In this document: positions 1 to 7,647 of the stretch, in pieces
Layout of the letters: the number at the start of each line of letters is the position of its first letter
How positions within the stretch are numbered: position 1 is the first letter of the stretch
Assembly: GCA_050123235.1 (NCBI GenBank)
Contig: JASFHL010000001.1
Location: 20,651-84,650, forward strand
Reading direction: 5' to 3'
DNA length: 64,000 nucleotides
DNA from: Candidatus Woesebacteria bacterium
GTDB lineage: Bacteria; Patescibacteriota; Microgenomatia; UBA1400; PJMF01
Made by a program: the position numbers and the translations under genes
Notes under the pieces: generated by a model
Seen by the model: only the letters and a program-made list of their open reading frames with translations
Told to the model about the DNA's origin: nothing
Database searches by the model: none

Positions 1-800
1 GTTTTAAGACTAATGATTTTCAGAATTTTTTAAATCAATTTTTTGGTCTAGCTAATACAGTTTTGATTTTATCTGGAAAAAAAAGCTTAGTTGAAAATAA
101 TAAGATCTTAGAAGAACTAGATAAATTTTTTAGCAAAACCCCTGATTTTAGAACTACTCAAGATAAAAATTTGGATATTGGTAAGTTTTTGTCAGAAAAT
201 CCGATTTCTGTAGATAAACTTCACTTGGAATATAGAAAGACTGAACAAGCTCATTTTGTGATGGGGTGGCCTGCTATTAAAAGAAAAAGTAAAAAAAGAT
301 ATGCTTTGACCTTATTATCAGTGATTTTAGGGGGGAATATGAGTTCTAGGTTATTTAGTGAATTAAGAGAAAAACGAGGTCTTTGTTATTACATAAATAG
401 TGATATTGACCAATTTCATGATGGGGGAGTTTTTGGAGCTTCGGCCGGGGTTGATGTAAGCAGGGTAGAAGAGGCAATTAAATTGGCAATAGCTGAATTT
501 GCGGCTATTGCTGATGGTAGTAAAGCTATTAGTGATAAAGAGTTGCGAAAAGCCAAGGATCATTTGCTGGGTAAAATGGTCTTGGGTTTTGAAGACAGCG
601 AGGCTGTGGCTCAATATTTTGGTATGAAACAGTTATTGATGGGTCAGATCGAAACACCAGACGAAGTGCTAAAGAAAGTTCAGGCAGTCAGTAAAGAAGA
701 GATAGAGGCTTTGGCAAAAGAGATTGTTAAGCCTGCTGAGCTGCGTTTAGCTTTGATTGGTCCTTTTAAAGATAGAGGGAGATTTGAAAATATTATATGA
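1..800 (+). CDS. M16-family (insulinase-like) zinc peptidase, C-terminal portion; gene continues upstream of window
   Basis: Reading frame is open back to position 3 (no stop). Translation contains GGNMSSRLFSELREKRGLCYYI, the characteristic motif of M16 peptidase C-terminal domains. Confidence 0.6.
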   Translation, partial: FKTNDFQNFLNQFFGLANTVLILSGKKSLVENNKILEELDKFFSKTPDFRTTQDKNLDIGKFLSENPISVDKLHLEYRKTEQAHFVMGWPAIKRKSKKRYALTLLSVILGGNMSSRLFSELREKRGLCYYINSDIDQFHDGGVFGASAGVDVSRVEEAIKLAIAEFAAIADGSKAISDKELRKAKDHLLGKMVLGFEDSEAVAQYFGMKQLLMGQIETPDEVLKKVQAVSKEEIEALAKEIVKPAELRLALIGPFKDRGRFENII

Positions 801-839
801 TGTTCTTGATTAATTCATGTCTAATTAGAATACTATACT

Positions 840-990
840 TTATTATAAGAGAATATTTCAGTCGTTCGCTGCAGCCTTGTTTTTTGATTGTGGGACATAA
901 AGCTCACTCGGTGAAGCTCGGTAGTATATAAAGTGCTAGCTCAATCCCAGCCATACCTCGCTTCAACGCTCAAATATTCTCTTATAATAA
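840..990. repeat. Inverted-repeat-bounded intergenic element, copy 1 of a conserved-core family (candidate structured ncRNA or MITE-like)
   Basis: Perfect 19-bp inverted repeat 840-858 / 972-990 (tttattataagagaatattt...). It encloses a 113-nt core that is ~75% identical to the core at 20159-20263 (agctcacYggtgaagctcggtagta ... tgctagctcaa ... cctcgcttcaa). Confidence 0.45.
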
Positions 991-1071
991 GGTCTAGGTA
1001 TTTAACGTATACATTAATCTAATCAAAGACATCGTGTAATACTTTACAAATTATAAAAAAAGAAAGGAAAT

Positions 1072-1542
1072 ATGAAAAATACTCGCACAGCAGTTTTAGT
1101 TAAACCAGATGGTCTACAAAGAGGCCTGATTGGTGAAATCATTAGCCGTTTTGAAAGAAAAGGTTTGAAGCTAATTGCTTTAAAAATGACTTACATGACT
1201 GACAAAATGCTTAGCGCATGGTATGCAGAACACAAAGATAAGAGTTTTTTTAAAGACCTTAAAATGTTTATGAGTTCTATGCCTATTGTGGCTATGATTT
1301 GGGAGGGAGTTGATGCAGTACCAGTGGTTAGAAAATTAGTAGGTACTACCTTGGGCAGGGAAGCAGAAGCAGGTTCTATTCGTGGTGATTTTGGAATGAG
1401 TCAACAATTCAACCTTATTCACGCTTCTTCTAGCAATTCTGATGCGGAAAGAGAGATTGGGATAGTTTTTGATAAGGATGAATTGTTTGAATACAATGGA
1501 GCGTTAGATTGTGTAATTTATGCTGACGATGAAATATCGTAG
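1072..1542 (+). CDS. ndk: Nucleoside diphosphate kinase
   Basis: 156 aa. N-terminal TAVLVKPDGLQRGLIGEIISRFERKGLKL and the NLIHASSS active-site His region are typical of NDK. RBS-like aaaggaaa lies upstream. Confidence 0.9.
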   Translation: MKNTRTAVLVKPDGLQRGLIGEIISRFERKGLKLIALKMTYMTDKMLSAWYAEHKDKSFFKDLKMFMSSMPIVAMIWEGVDAVPVVRKLVGTTLGREAEAGSIRGDFGMSQQFNLIHASSSNSDAEREIGIVFDKDELFEYNGALDCVIYADDEIS

Positions 1543-1552
1543 CAGTAGAAAG

Positions 1553-1624
1553 TGCCCTCACCAGGAATCGAACCTGGATCTATCGCTTAGGAGGCGATTA
1601 TTCTATCCGTTTAACTATGAGGGC
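1553..1624 (-). tRNA. tRNA-Arg (anticodon CCT)
   Basis: Reverse complement gives a 72-nt cloverleaf: acceptor GCCCTCA/TGAGGGC, T-loop GGTTCGATTCC, anticodon loop CTCCTAA. Confidence 0.85.
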
Positions 1625-1801
1625 GTTTAGAAAGATTTATTAAATTAAACAATCTATTTTACCATTTCTCTTTCATTATAACTCTATAATCTAGATTAAA
1701 TCATTCAAATTAACTCTACATTTTTTACAGATACTTTATTGACTCTTATTTCAAAAGTATATAACATAAGATTACTATTTTTTGATGAATAGAAAATATC
1801 C

Positions 1802-2380
1802 ATGACAATTGAATTCAGAAAAGAGAACAAGAGTAAAGCTTCAAAGACAAGAAAAACAATTATTTTTTCTGTTTTCATAGCTTTATTTTTCCTCAGTATT
1901 GCTGGTTTTGCTTTTTCATATTGGCAATATAGTCAGGCTAAGAAACAACTTAGTTATTTATCATCAATTGACGGTCAAAGGGAAATGGCTCAAAAGGAGA
2001 TTGGGGCGCTATTGGAAAAGGTGAAAAAGCACATTGTTTTGCCAGATGATGAGCAACCAATTGTAGCTACTATTACTGATATTGAAACATTGGCTGCAGA
2101 GCAAGCTTTTTATCAAGGAGCTGAAAATGGAGACAAGGTTTTGATTTTTGTGAAGGCTAAAAAAGCATTGATTTACAGTCCTAGCCGAGATATTTTAGTT
2201 AATGTAGGTCCTGCTTACATGAATGCTCAACAATCAATGCCTGTTCCTGAGCAAGCAACTCAAACCGAAGAGGGAGAAATAGAAGAAAAAGAAGATTCGC
2301 AAGTTGAGCCGACTGTTAAAGCAGAGAAAGAGCCAACAGTTGCTGAGCAAGAGAAGCCTGCTAATTCAGAGGGTGAGTAG
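1802..2380 (+). CDS. Hypothetical membrane-anchored protein (N-terminal TM, acidic C-terminal tail)
   Basis: 192 aa. Hydrophobic segment IIFSVFIALFFLSIAGFAFSYW, then a soluble region and an E/K-rich tail. Sits upstream of the ATP synthase genes but I see no convincing b/delta similarity. Confidence 0.45.
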   Translation: MTIEFRKENKSKASKTRKTIIFSVFIALFFLSIAGFAFSYWQYSQAKKQLSYLSSIDGQREMAQKEIGALLEKVKKHIVLPDDEQPIVATITDIETLAAEQAFYQGAENGDKVLIFVKAKKALIYSPSRDILVNVGPAYMNAQQSMPVPEQATQTEEGEIEEKEDSQVEPTVKAEKEPTVAEQEKPANSEGE

Positions 2381-2512
2381 CTTGATAATTTGCGGTACTT
2401 AGATAAAAACCTCATCTGTGTACTTTGGAACAACGGAAGATCACAAGTTTGACAGCCTAAGTGTTTGAGTAATTATTAATAGAAGATAGAAATGAACTTA
2501 TGAGTTCAAAAC

Positions 2513-3409
2513 ATGCCCAAAGTTGTTCGTAGTTTAATACTTTTTTTTATTTTCTTCAGTTTTTCTCCTTTTTTATTAGGCACTAATAAGTTTTCGATTA
2601 TTGATAGTCAGTTTTATGAAGTGGTACAAGCTCAGGAGCTTGATTCTCCTCAAGGATTAGGCATTGCTAAACAGCTACCCGTCACTGGTGATAATCTACT
2701 AGAAGGCTCAATTGTGTCTTATCGTGATTCAAACTATCAGTTGAGTTCAGAAGCTTATGATAAAAGCATGTTTGGGGTTGTCAGTCAAAACCCTGCTATG
2801 GAGATTAGTTTTGAGCAAGCAACTGATGCGCAATTAACCCCAGTAATTTCTGAAGGAATTGTGCCAGTGAGAGTTTCCCTCATCAACGGGCCGATTAAGA
2901 AAGGTGATCAAATTACCTCCTCTGACATTGCTGGAGTGGGAATGAAAGCTGAAAAATCTGGTTTCATTTTAGGCATTGCTCAAGAGAATAGCCCTGAAAT
3001 TTTAAATTCAGGCGAATCAACTGCTGAACAGGATGTTGCTAAGCTTAATTCAGAACAAGTAGTGACAATTTTGGTGGCACTAGATGTTAAGTTTGCTTTT
3101 TCTCAAGGTACTCCAGCTTCAAAGACAATTATCAAACGCTTACTTGATGTGGTGAATTTAAGTGCAATTGCAGTTTTTGAGGAACCAAAAGAGATCTTCC
3201 GTCATGTAGTAGCAGCTTTAGTAGTTTTAGTTGCTTTGGGATTTAGTTTTTTTAGTTTCGCCAAGTTAGCTAGAGGAGGAGTAGATGCTTTTGCTAGAAA
3301 TCCATTGGCTCATAAAACTATTAGTTTTGGAATCATCGTTAATGTTTTGCTCAGCATCTTAATTTTATTAACAGGTCTAGCAGCAGCCTATTTTATAATT
3401 TCGCTTTAA
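2513..3409 (+). CDS. Hypothetical membrane protein with C-terminal two-helix hairpin (weak resemblance to ATPase c-subunit loop)
   Basis: 298 aa. N-terminal hydrophobic segment, ~200-aa soluble region, then a C-terminal helix-loop-helix: LVVLVALGFSFFSFAKLARGGVDAFARNPLAHKTISFGIIVNVLLSILILLTGLAAAYFI. The ARNP loop recalls the ARQP loop of F-type c subunits. Located immediately upstream of atpA. Confidence 0.45.
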   Translation: MPKVVRSLILFFIFFSFSPFLLGTNKFSIIDSQFYEVVQAQELDSPQGLGIAKQLPVTGDNLLEGSIVSYRDSNYQLSSEAYDKSMFGVVSQNPAMEISFEQATDAQLTPVISEGIVPVRVSLINGPIKKGDQITSSDIAGVGMKAEKSGFILGIAQENSPEILNSGESTAEQDVAKLNSEQVVTILVALDVKFAFSQGTPASKTIIKRLLDVVNLSAIAVFEEPKEIFRHVVAALVVLVALGFSFFSFAKLARGGVDAFARNPLAHKTISFGIIVNVLLSILILLTGLAAAYFIISL

Positions 3410-3440
3410 ATATAGCAATTTATGCAATAAGTACTGCAAT

Positions 3441-5120
3441 ATGTTAAAGAAATCAAAAAATAGATCAGTTGAAGAATACGGAATAGTGGAATCTATCAAT
3501 CATCCTTTATTGTTAGTTAAGGGTTTGCCTAATGCAAGGAGTGGTGATACTTTGATTTTTGAAAATGGTGCTATGGGACAAGTTCTAAACTTCAGCCATG
3601 CAGCTGAAGTGATGCTTTTTTCAGAAGAACTTGTTAAGGTGGGCAGCCGCTGTTTAAACACCGGTCAAACACTATCATTGCATGTCTCTACTGATCTTTT
3701 GGGAGCGGTAGTTGATCCCTTAGGTAAGTCTTTGGAAGAAAAAAAACCGGTTAAAAGTTTATCCAAAGATTGTTTTTTTAAATTAGCTAAATATGGAAAT
3801 TTGAATGACAGTGAATTCTTTGGTAAAAAACAGAGTTCCTTATTAAAGTTTGCTCGGAAAAGAGAGGCAGAAAAATCTAATAAGGCTTGTTATTTAGTTG
3901 ATAGCAAAGCTACTGCTTTAGAACAGAGGGCCCAATTAAAAGAACCTCTAGTGACAGCTAGTGCTATAGTAGATCTTTTGCTTCCCTTAGCTAAGGGTCA
4001 ACGCGAACTAGTAGTGGGAGATAGAAAAACTGGAAAGACTTCTTTTCTCTTAAATTTAGCTGAAAATCAAATCAGGGCTGGTGCAATAGTAATTTATGCT
4101 TTGATTGGCAAAAAAATGAGTGAAATCAAGGCAGTTAGACAGTATTTCATAGATAAGAAACTTAATCAAAAGATAGTGATTGTTGCTGCTGGAGCTAAGG
4201 CAGTGCCTAGTATTATTTATCTAACTCCTTTTAGTGCTATGACAATTGCTGAGTATTTTAGGGATCAGAGTAAGGATGTTTTATTGATTCTAGATGATTT
4301 ATCTACTCATGCTAAATTTTATAGAGAGATCTCTTTGCTAGCTAGGAAATTTCCAGGAAGAGATTCCTATCCTGGTGATATTTTCTATACTCATGCTCGT
4401 TTGTTGGAACGGGCTGGGAATTTCAAATCAACTGTACCAGCGAAAAAGGAAAATAGCGGAGTTGGGCAGGCTGAACCTAAGATTGCTAAAGCTAAGAATT
4501 CTGCTACTCAGGCTTCAGACACTAAAATCAATCCAACAGTCAGTATCTCTTGTTTACCAGTAGCCAACACAATAGAAAGTGATTTAACTGATTATATTGT
4601 ATCTAATTTGATTAGTATTACTGACGGTCATTTGTTATTTGATGCAGCAATGGTGAGAAGTGGTCAACATCCGGCCATAAATGTTGCCTTATCAGTAACT
4701 AGGGTCGGTAAACAAGTTCAAAGCCAAGTGGTGAGAGAGTTGAACACTAAATTGTTAGCCTTTATGAATAAATATAGAAAAAGTATGAGTTTTTCTCATT
4801 TTGGAGCTGAGTTAACTGCCGAAACTCAATTTTTGATTAACAAAGGTGAAGCTTTTGAAGCTTTTTTACTTCAAAAACCTGAGGAGATTATTCCTTTGCC
4901 AGTTCAAGTAGTAGTGGCAGCATTGCTTTGGTTTGATTATTTGCTTGATTTTGAAGCTGAACAGGTAAGGCAGTTACGTCAGCAGTTAACTAAGACTTAT
5001 CTCCAAAATCAAGAGATGAGAGACTTGTTTGATAATTTATTTAGACTGGAGAATTTAGATGAATTAAAAACAGAGTTAATGCCCCTCAAGGAGAAAATAA
5101 AAGAAATATTAAAAAACTAG
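3441..5120 (+). CDS. atpA: F-type ATP synthase alpha subunit (divergent, ~40-aa insertion)
   Basis: 559 aa. Walker A GDRKTGKT (alpha-type GDRQTGKT). Strong collinear similarity to F1-alpha around QRELVVGDRKTGKTSFLLNLAENQ ... LILDDLSTHAKFYREISLLARKFPGRDSYPGDIFYTHARLLERA. Confidence 0.85.
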   Translation: MLKKSKNRSVEEYGIVESINHPLLLVKGLPNARSGDTLIFENGAMGQVLNFSHAAEVMLFSEELVKVGSRCLNTGQTLSLHVSTDLLGAVVDPLGKSLEEKKPVKSLSKDCFFKLAKYGNLNDSEFFGKKQSSLLKFARKREAEKSNKACYLVDSKATALEQRAQLKEPLVTASAIVDLLLPLAKGQRELVVGDRKTGKTSFLLNLAENQIRAGAIVIYALIGKKMSEIKAVRQYFIDKKLNQKIVIVAAGAKAVPSIIYLTPFSAMTIAEYFRDQSKDVLLILDDLSTHAKFYREISLLARKFPGRDSYPGDIFYTHARLLERAGNFKSTVPAKKENSGVGQAEPKIAKAKNSATQASDTKINPTVSISCLPVANTIESDLTDYIVSNLISITDGHLLFDAAMVRSGQHPAINVALSVTRVGKQVQSQVVRELNTKLLAFMNKYRKSMSFSHFGAELTAETQFLINKGEAFEAFLLQKPEEIIPLPVQVVVAALLWFDYLLDFEAEQVRQLRQQLTKTYLQNQEMRDLFDNLFRLENLDELKTELMPLKEKIKEILKN

Positions 5121-5145
5121 TTAGTGAGGATATGCCTACAATGCC

Positions 5146-6054
5146 TTGAAATTTAGAAAATTGTTTATGACTTTAAAAAAAATTAAATCACAAGTAGTTT
5201 TTACTAAAGATTTTGCTAAGTTAACCAAAGCTTATCAGGAGATTGCAGTTATGAAGATACAAAAGGCTAGAAGACAGATTTTGAAAACTCGTGCTTATAT
5301 TGATGGTTTATTGGAAGTTTTTGTGGATGTTCGTGCTTCTCATCAGAAAGAAATGATTGCTGAGCTCAAAAAGAAAGGCAAAATAAAAGGAGATGAAGAG
5401 AATTGGCGTTTTACTGGTTTGGGAGAAAAGGAGCAAATAGTGGCTGTTTTATTTTCTCCTAGTAGTCACTTTACTGGTGATCTTAGCAGAAGAGTTTTTG
5501 CCAACTTTAAGAAATTTGTTAAAGAAAATGAAGCAGAGATTGTGGTGGTGGGTAAAATAGGTAGAGATTTAATGAAGGAGCATTTTGGCTCGGAGAAGTC
5601 ATATAAATATTTTGATTTGGACGAATCTTTATTGGATAAGCAAGACTTTCATCTTTTATTGGACTATTTAGTCAAATTTGCCATAGTTGAGGTATTTAAT
5701 GGTCGTTTTGTCAGTTTAGTACAGCAAGAATCAGTGCGTAGTAACCTCACAGCCAATGAATTATTGTTTGAGCAAGCAACAGAACTTGAGAAAAGAGATA
5801 GTTTTTTATTTGAACCTTCGGTAGATAGAATTTTAGATTTTTTTGAAAAACAAGTTTTTGCTGCACTTTTACGCCAGACATATCATGAATCTTATTTAGC
5901 TAATCTGGCTTCTCGTATCACAAATTTGGAATCAGCTATTGATTTGACTGAGAAGAAAGAACAATCATTAATTTTCAAACAAAACAGGGTTAGACAGCTA
6001 CTAGTTAATAAAAAGCAACGGCAGAGACTGGCTGGAGTTAGTCTTTGGACTTAA
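5146..6054 (+). CDS. atpG: F-type ATP synthase gamma subunit (divergent)
   Basis: 302 aa. Sits between alpha and beta as in canonical atpAGD order. N-terminal KIKSQVVFTKDFAKLTKAYQEIAVMKIQKARRQILKTRAY matches the gamma N-terminal helix pattern (IRSKI.SV.NT.KITKAMEMVA..K.R). The call rests on both position and this weak similarity. Confidence 0.6.
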   Translation: MKFRKLFMTLKKIKSQVVFTKDFAKLTKAYQEIAVMKIQKARRQILKTRAYIDGLLEVFVDVRASHQKEMIAELKKKGKIKGDEENWRFTGLGEKEQIVAVLFSPSSHFTGDLSRRVFANFKKFVKENEAEIVVVGKIGRDLMKEHFGSEKSYKYFDLDESLLDKQDFHLLLDYLVKFAIVEVFNGRFVSLVQQESVRSNLTANELLFEQATELEKRDSFLFEPSVDRILDFFEKQVFAALLRQTYHESYLANLASRITNLESAIDLTEKKEQSLIFKQNRVRQLLVNKKQRQRLAGVSLWT

Positions 6055-6057
6055 ATT

Positions 6058-7440
6058 ATGAAAAACTGTGGAATCATTATTTCTCTTAATGTGCAAGTAG
6101 CAGAAGTGGAATTTAGTAAAAACTATCCTAGTATCCATGAGTTATTGATTTTAAATGGTGATAAATCAGTGATTTTGGAAGTTTATGCTTCTGCTAGTAA
6201 AAATTCATTTTATTGTTTGGTTTTATCTGGTCATGAGAAATTGACCAAGGGAGCTAAAGTTACTTGCACTCATCAGGCTTTGAGTGTACCGGTAGGTAAG
6301 ATGGTTTTAGGCAGAATGTTTGATATTTTTGGTCGGTCTTTGGATGGAAAGGATTTAAATCCAAGAGTTAAACAATCAATTTATCAGCGTCCTACCCTGT
6401 CTCTTAATGAAGTTGTGCCAGCGGATCAGATTTTGGAGACTGGTGTGAAGGTGATTGATTTTTTTGCTCCTTTACTTAAAGGCGGTAAAATGGGCTTATT
6501 TGGTGGTGCTGGTTTGGGTAAAACTTTGATGTTAACAGAATTGATTAATAATATTGTTATTTTAAGAAAAAAGAAAGGAAGTACTCAAAAACGGAGTCAT
6601 GTTTCTGTTTTTAGTGCTGTGGGAGAGCGTTCCAGGGAAGCGCTTGAACTTCACGCTTCTCTACAAGAAGCTGGCGTGTTGCAAGATACCACGCTAGTAA
6701 TTGGCCAAATGGGTGAGAATCCAGTAGTCAGGTTTAGAACTGCTTTAGCAGGAGTAACCTTAGCTGAGTATTTTAGAGATGAACAAAGGCAAGATGTTTT
6801 GTTTTTTATGGATAATGTTTATCGTTTTGCTCAAGCTGGTTATGAATTGTCAACCTTAATGAATATGATCCCCTCAGAGGATGGTTACCAAGCTACTTTG
6901 CCATCAGAGATTGCTTCTTTGCATGAAAGATTGAGTTCAACTGATAAAGCTAGTATTACCATGGTCGAGGCAGTTTATTTACCGTCTGATGATATTAATG
7001 ACTATAGTGTGCGTTCTGTTTTTCCATATCTGGATAGCGTAGTAGTTCTCTCACGTGATGTTTATCAAACAGGCCGTTTGCCAGCAATCGATTTGTTAGC
7101 TTCTAATTCTGCTGCCATGAATCCTGAAATAGTAGGGGAAGAACATTATCAGACTTATATTAAAGCCAAACGTTTGTTGGAAAAAGCATCTGGGTTTGAA
7201 AGAATTGTTTCCCTGGTAGGTGTTTCTGAATTAAGCAAGGAAAATCAAACAATCTATAAAAGAGCAGAGTTGTTGAAAAATTATATGACTCAAAATTTTT
7301 TTGTAGCTGAAGCTCAAAGTGGTAGAAAAGGTAATTACGTTAAATTAAAGCAGACAATCAAAGATGTTTGTAGAATTTTAGCAGGTGACTTAGATGAGAG
7401 TCAGCCAGATAAACTAAGCTTTATTGCAGCAATAAAGTAG
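6058..7440 (+). CDS. atpD: F-type ATP synthase beta subunit
   Basis: 460 aa. Walker A GGAGLGKTLMLTELINNI. Walker B/catalytic region LFFMDNVYRFAQAGYELSTLMNMIPSEDGYQATL. DELSEED-equivalent region GVSELSKENQTIYKRAELLKNYMTQNFFVAE, nearly collinear with E. coli [31 protein letters not shown]. Confidence 0.9.
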   Translation: MKNCGIIISLNVQVAEVEFSKNYPSIHELLILNGDKSVILEVYASASKNSFYCLVLSGHEKLTKGAKVTCTHQALSVPVGKMVLGRMFDIFGRSLDGKDLNPRVKQSIYQRPTLSLNEVVPADQILETGVKVIDFFAPLLKGGKMGLFGGAGLGKTLMLTELINNIVILRKKKGSTQKRSHVSVFSAVGERSREALELHASLQEAGVLQDTTLVIGQMGENPVVRFRTALAGVTLAEYFRDEQRQDVLFFMDNVYRFAQAGYELSTLMNMIPSEDGYQATLPSEIASLHERLSSTDKASITMVEAVYLPSDDINDYSVRSVFPYLDSVVVLSRDVYQTGRLPAIDLLASNSAAMNPEIVGEEHYQTYIKAKRLLEKASGFERIVSLVGVSELSKENQTIYKRAELLKNYMTQNFFVAEAQSGRKGNYVKLKQTIKDVCRILAGDLDESQPDKLSFIAAIK

Positions 7441-7647
7441 CGACAAAGTTTAGGAAGTTGTTTAGAAGATTCGTTTAAAAATTTTCAGCTTAAAGAAATA
7501 GTAATTAAATCTAATCTTCGCTCTTTTTTCGTCTATTAATTCTATTACACATTGTATATGCTAAAAAGATAGACTAATTAACTTAGTAGTTTTAGTGTTC
7601 AATAAATCATATTTTAATTGTATTAAGAACTCAAACTACTGCCCATC

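Noticed and set aside
2513-3409. Calling the 298-aa protein an ATP synthase c or a subunit outright
   Set aside because: Only the C-terminal hairpin loop (ARNP) weakly resembles c subunits. There is no Gly-rich helix 1 motif and no carboxylate in helix 2, and there is a 200-aa soluble domain. Kept as hypothetical with a note.
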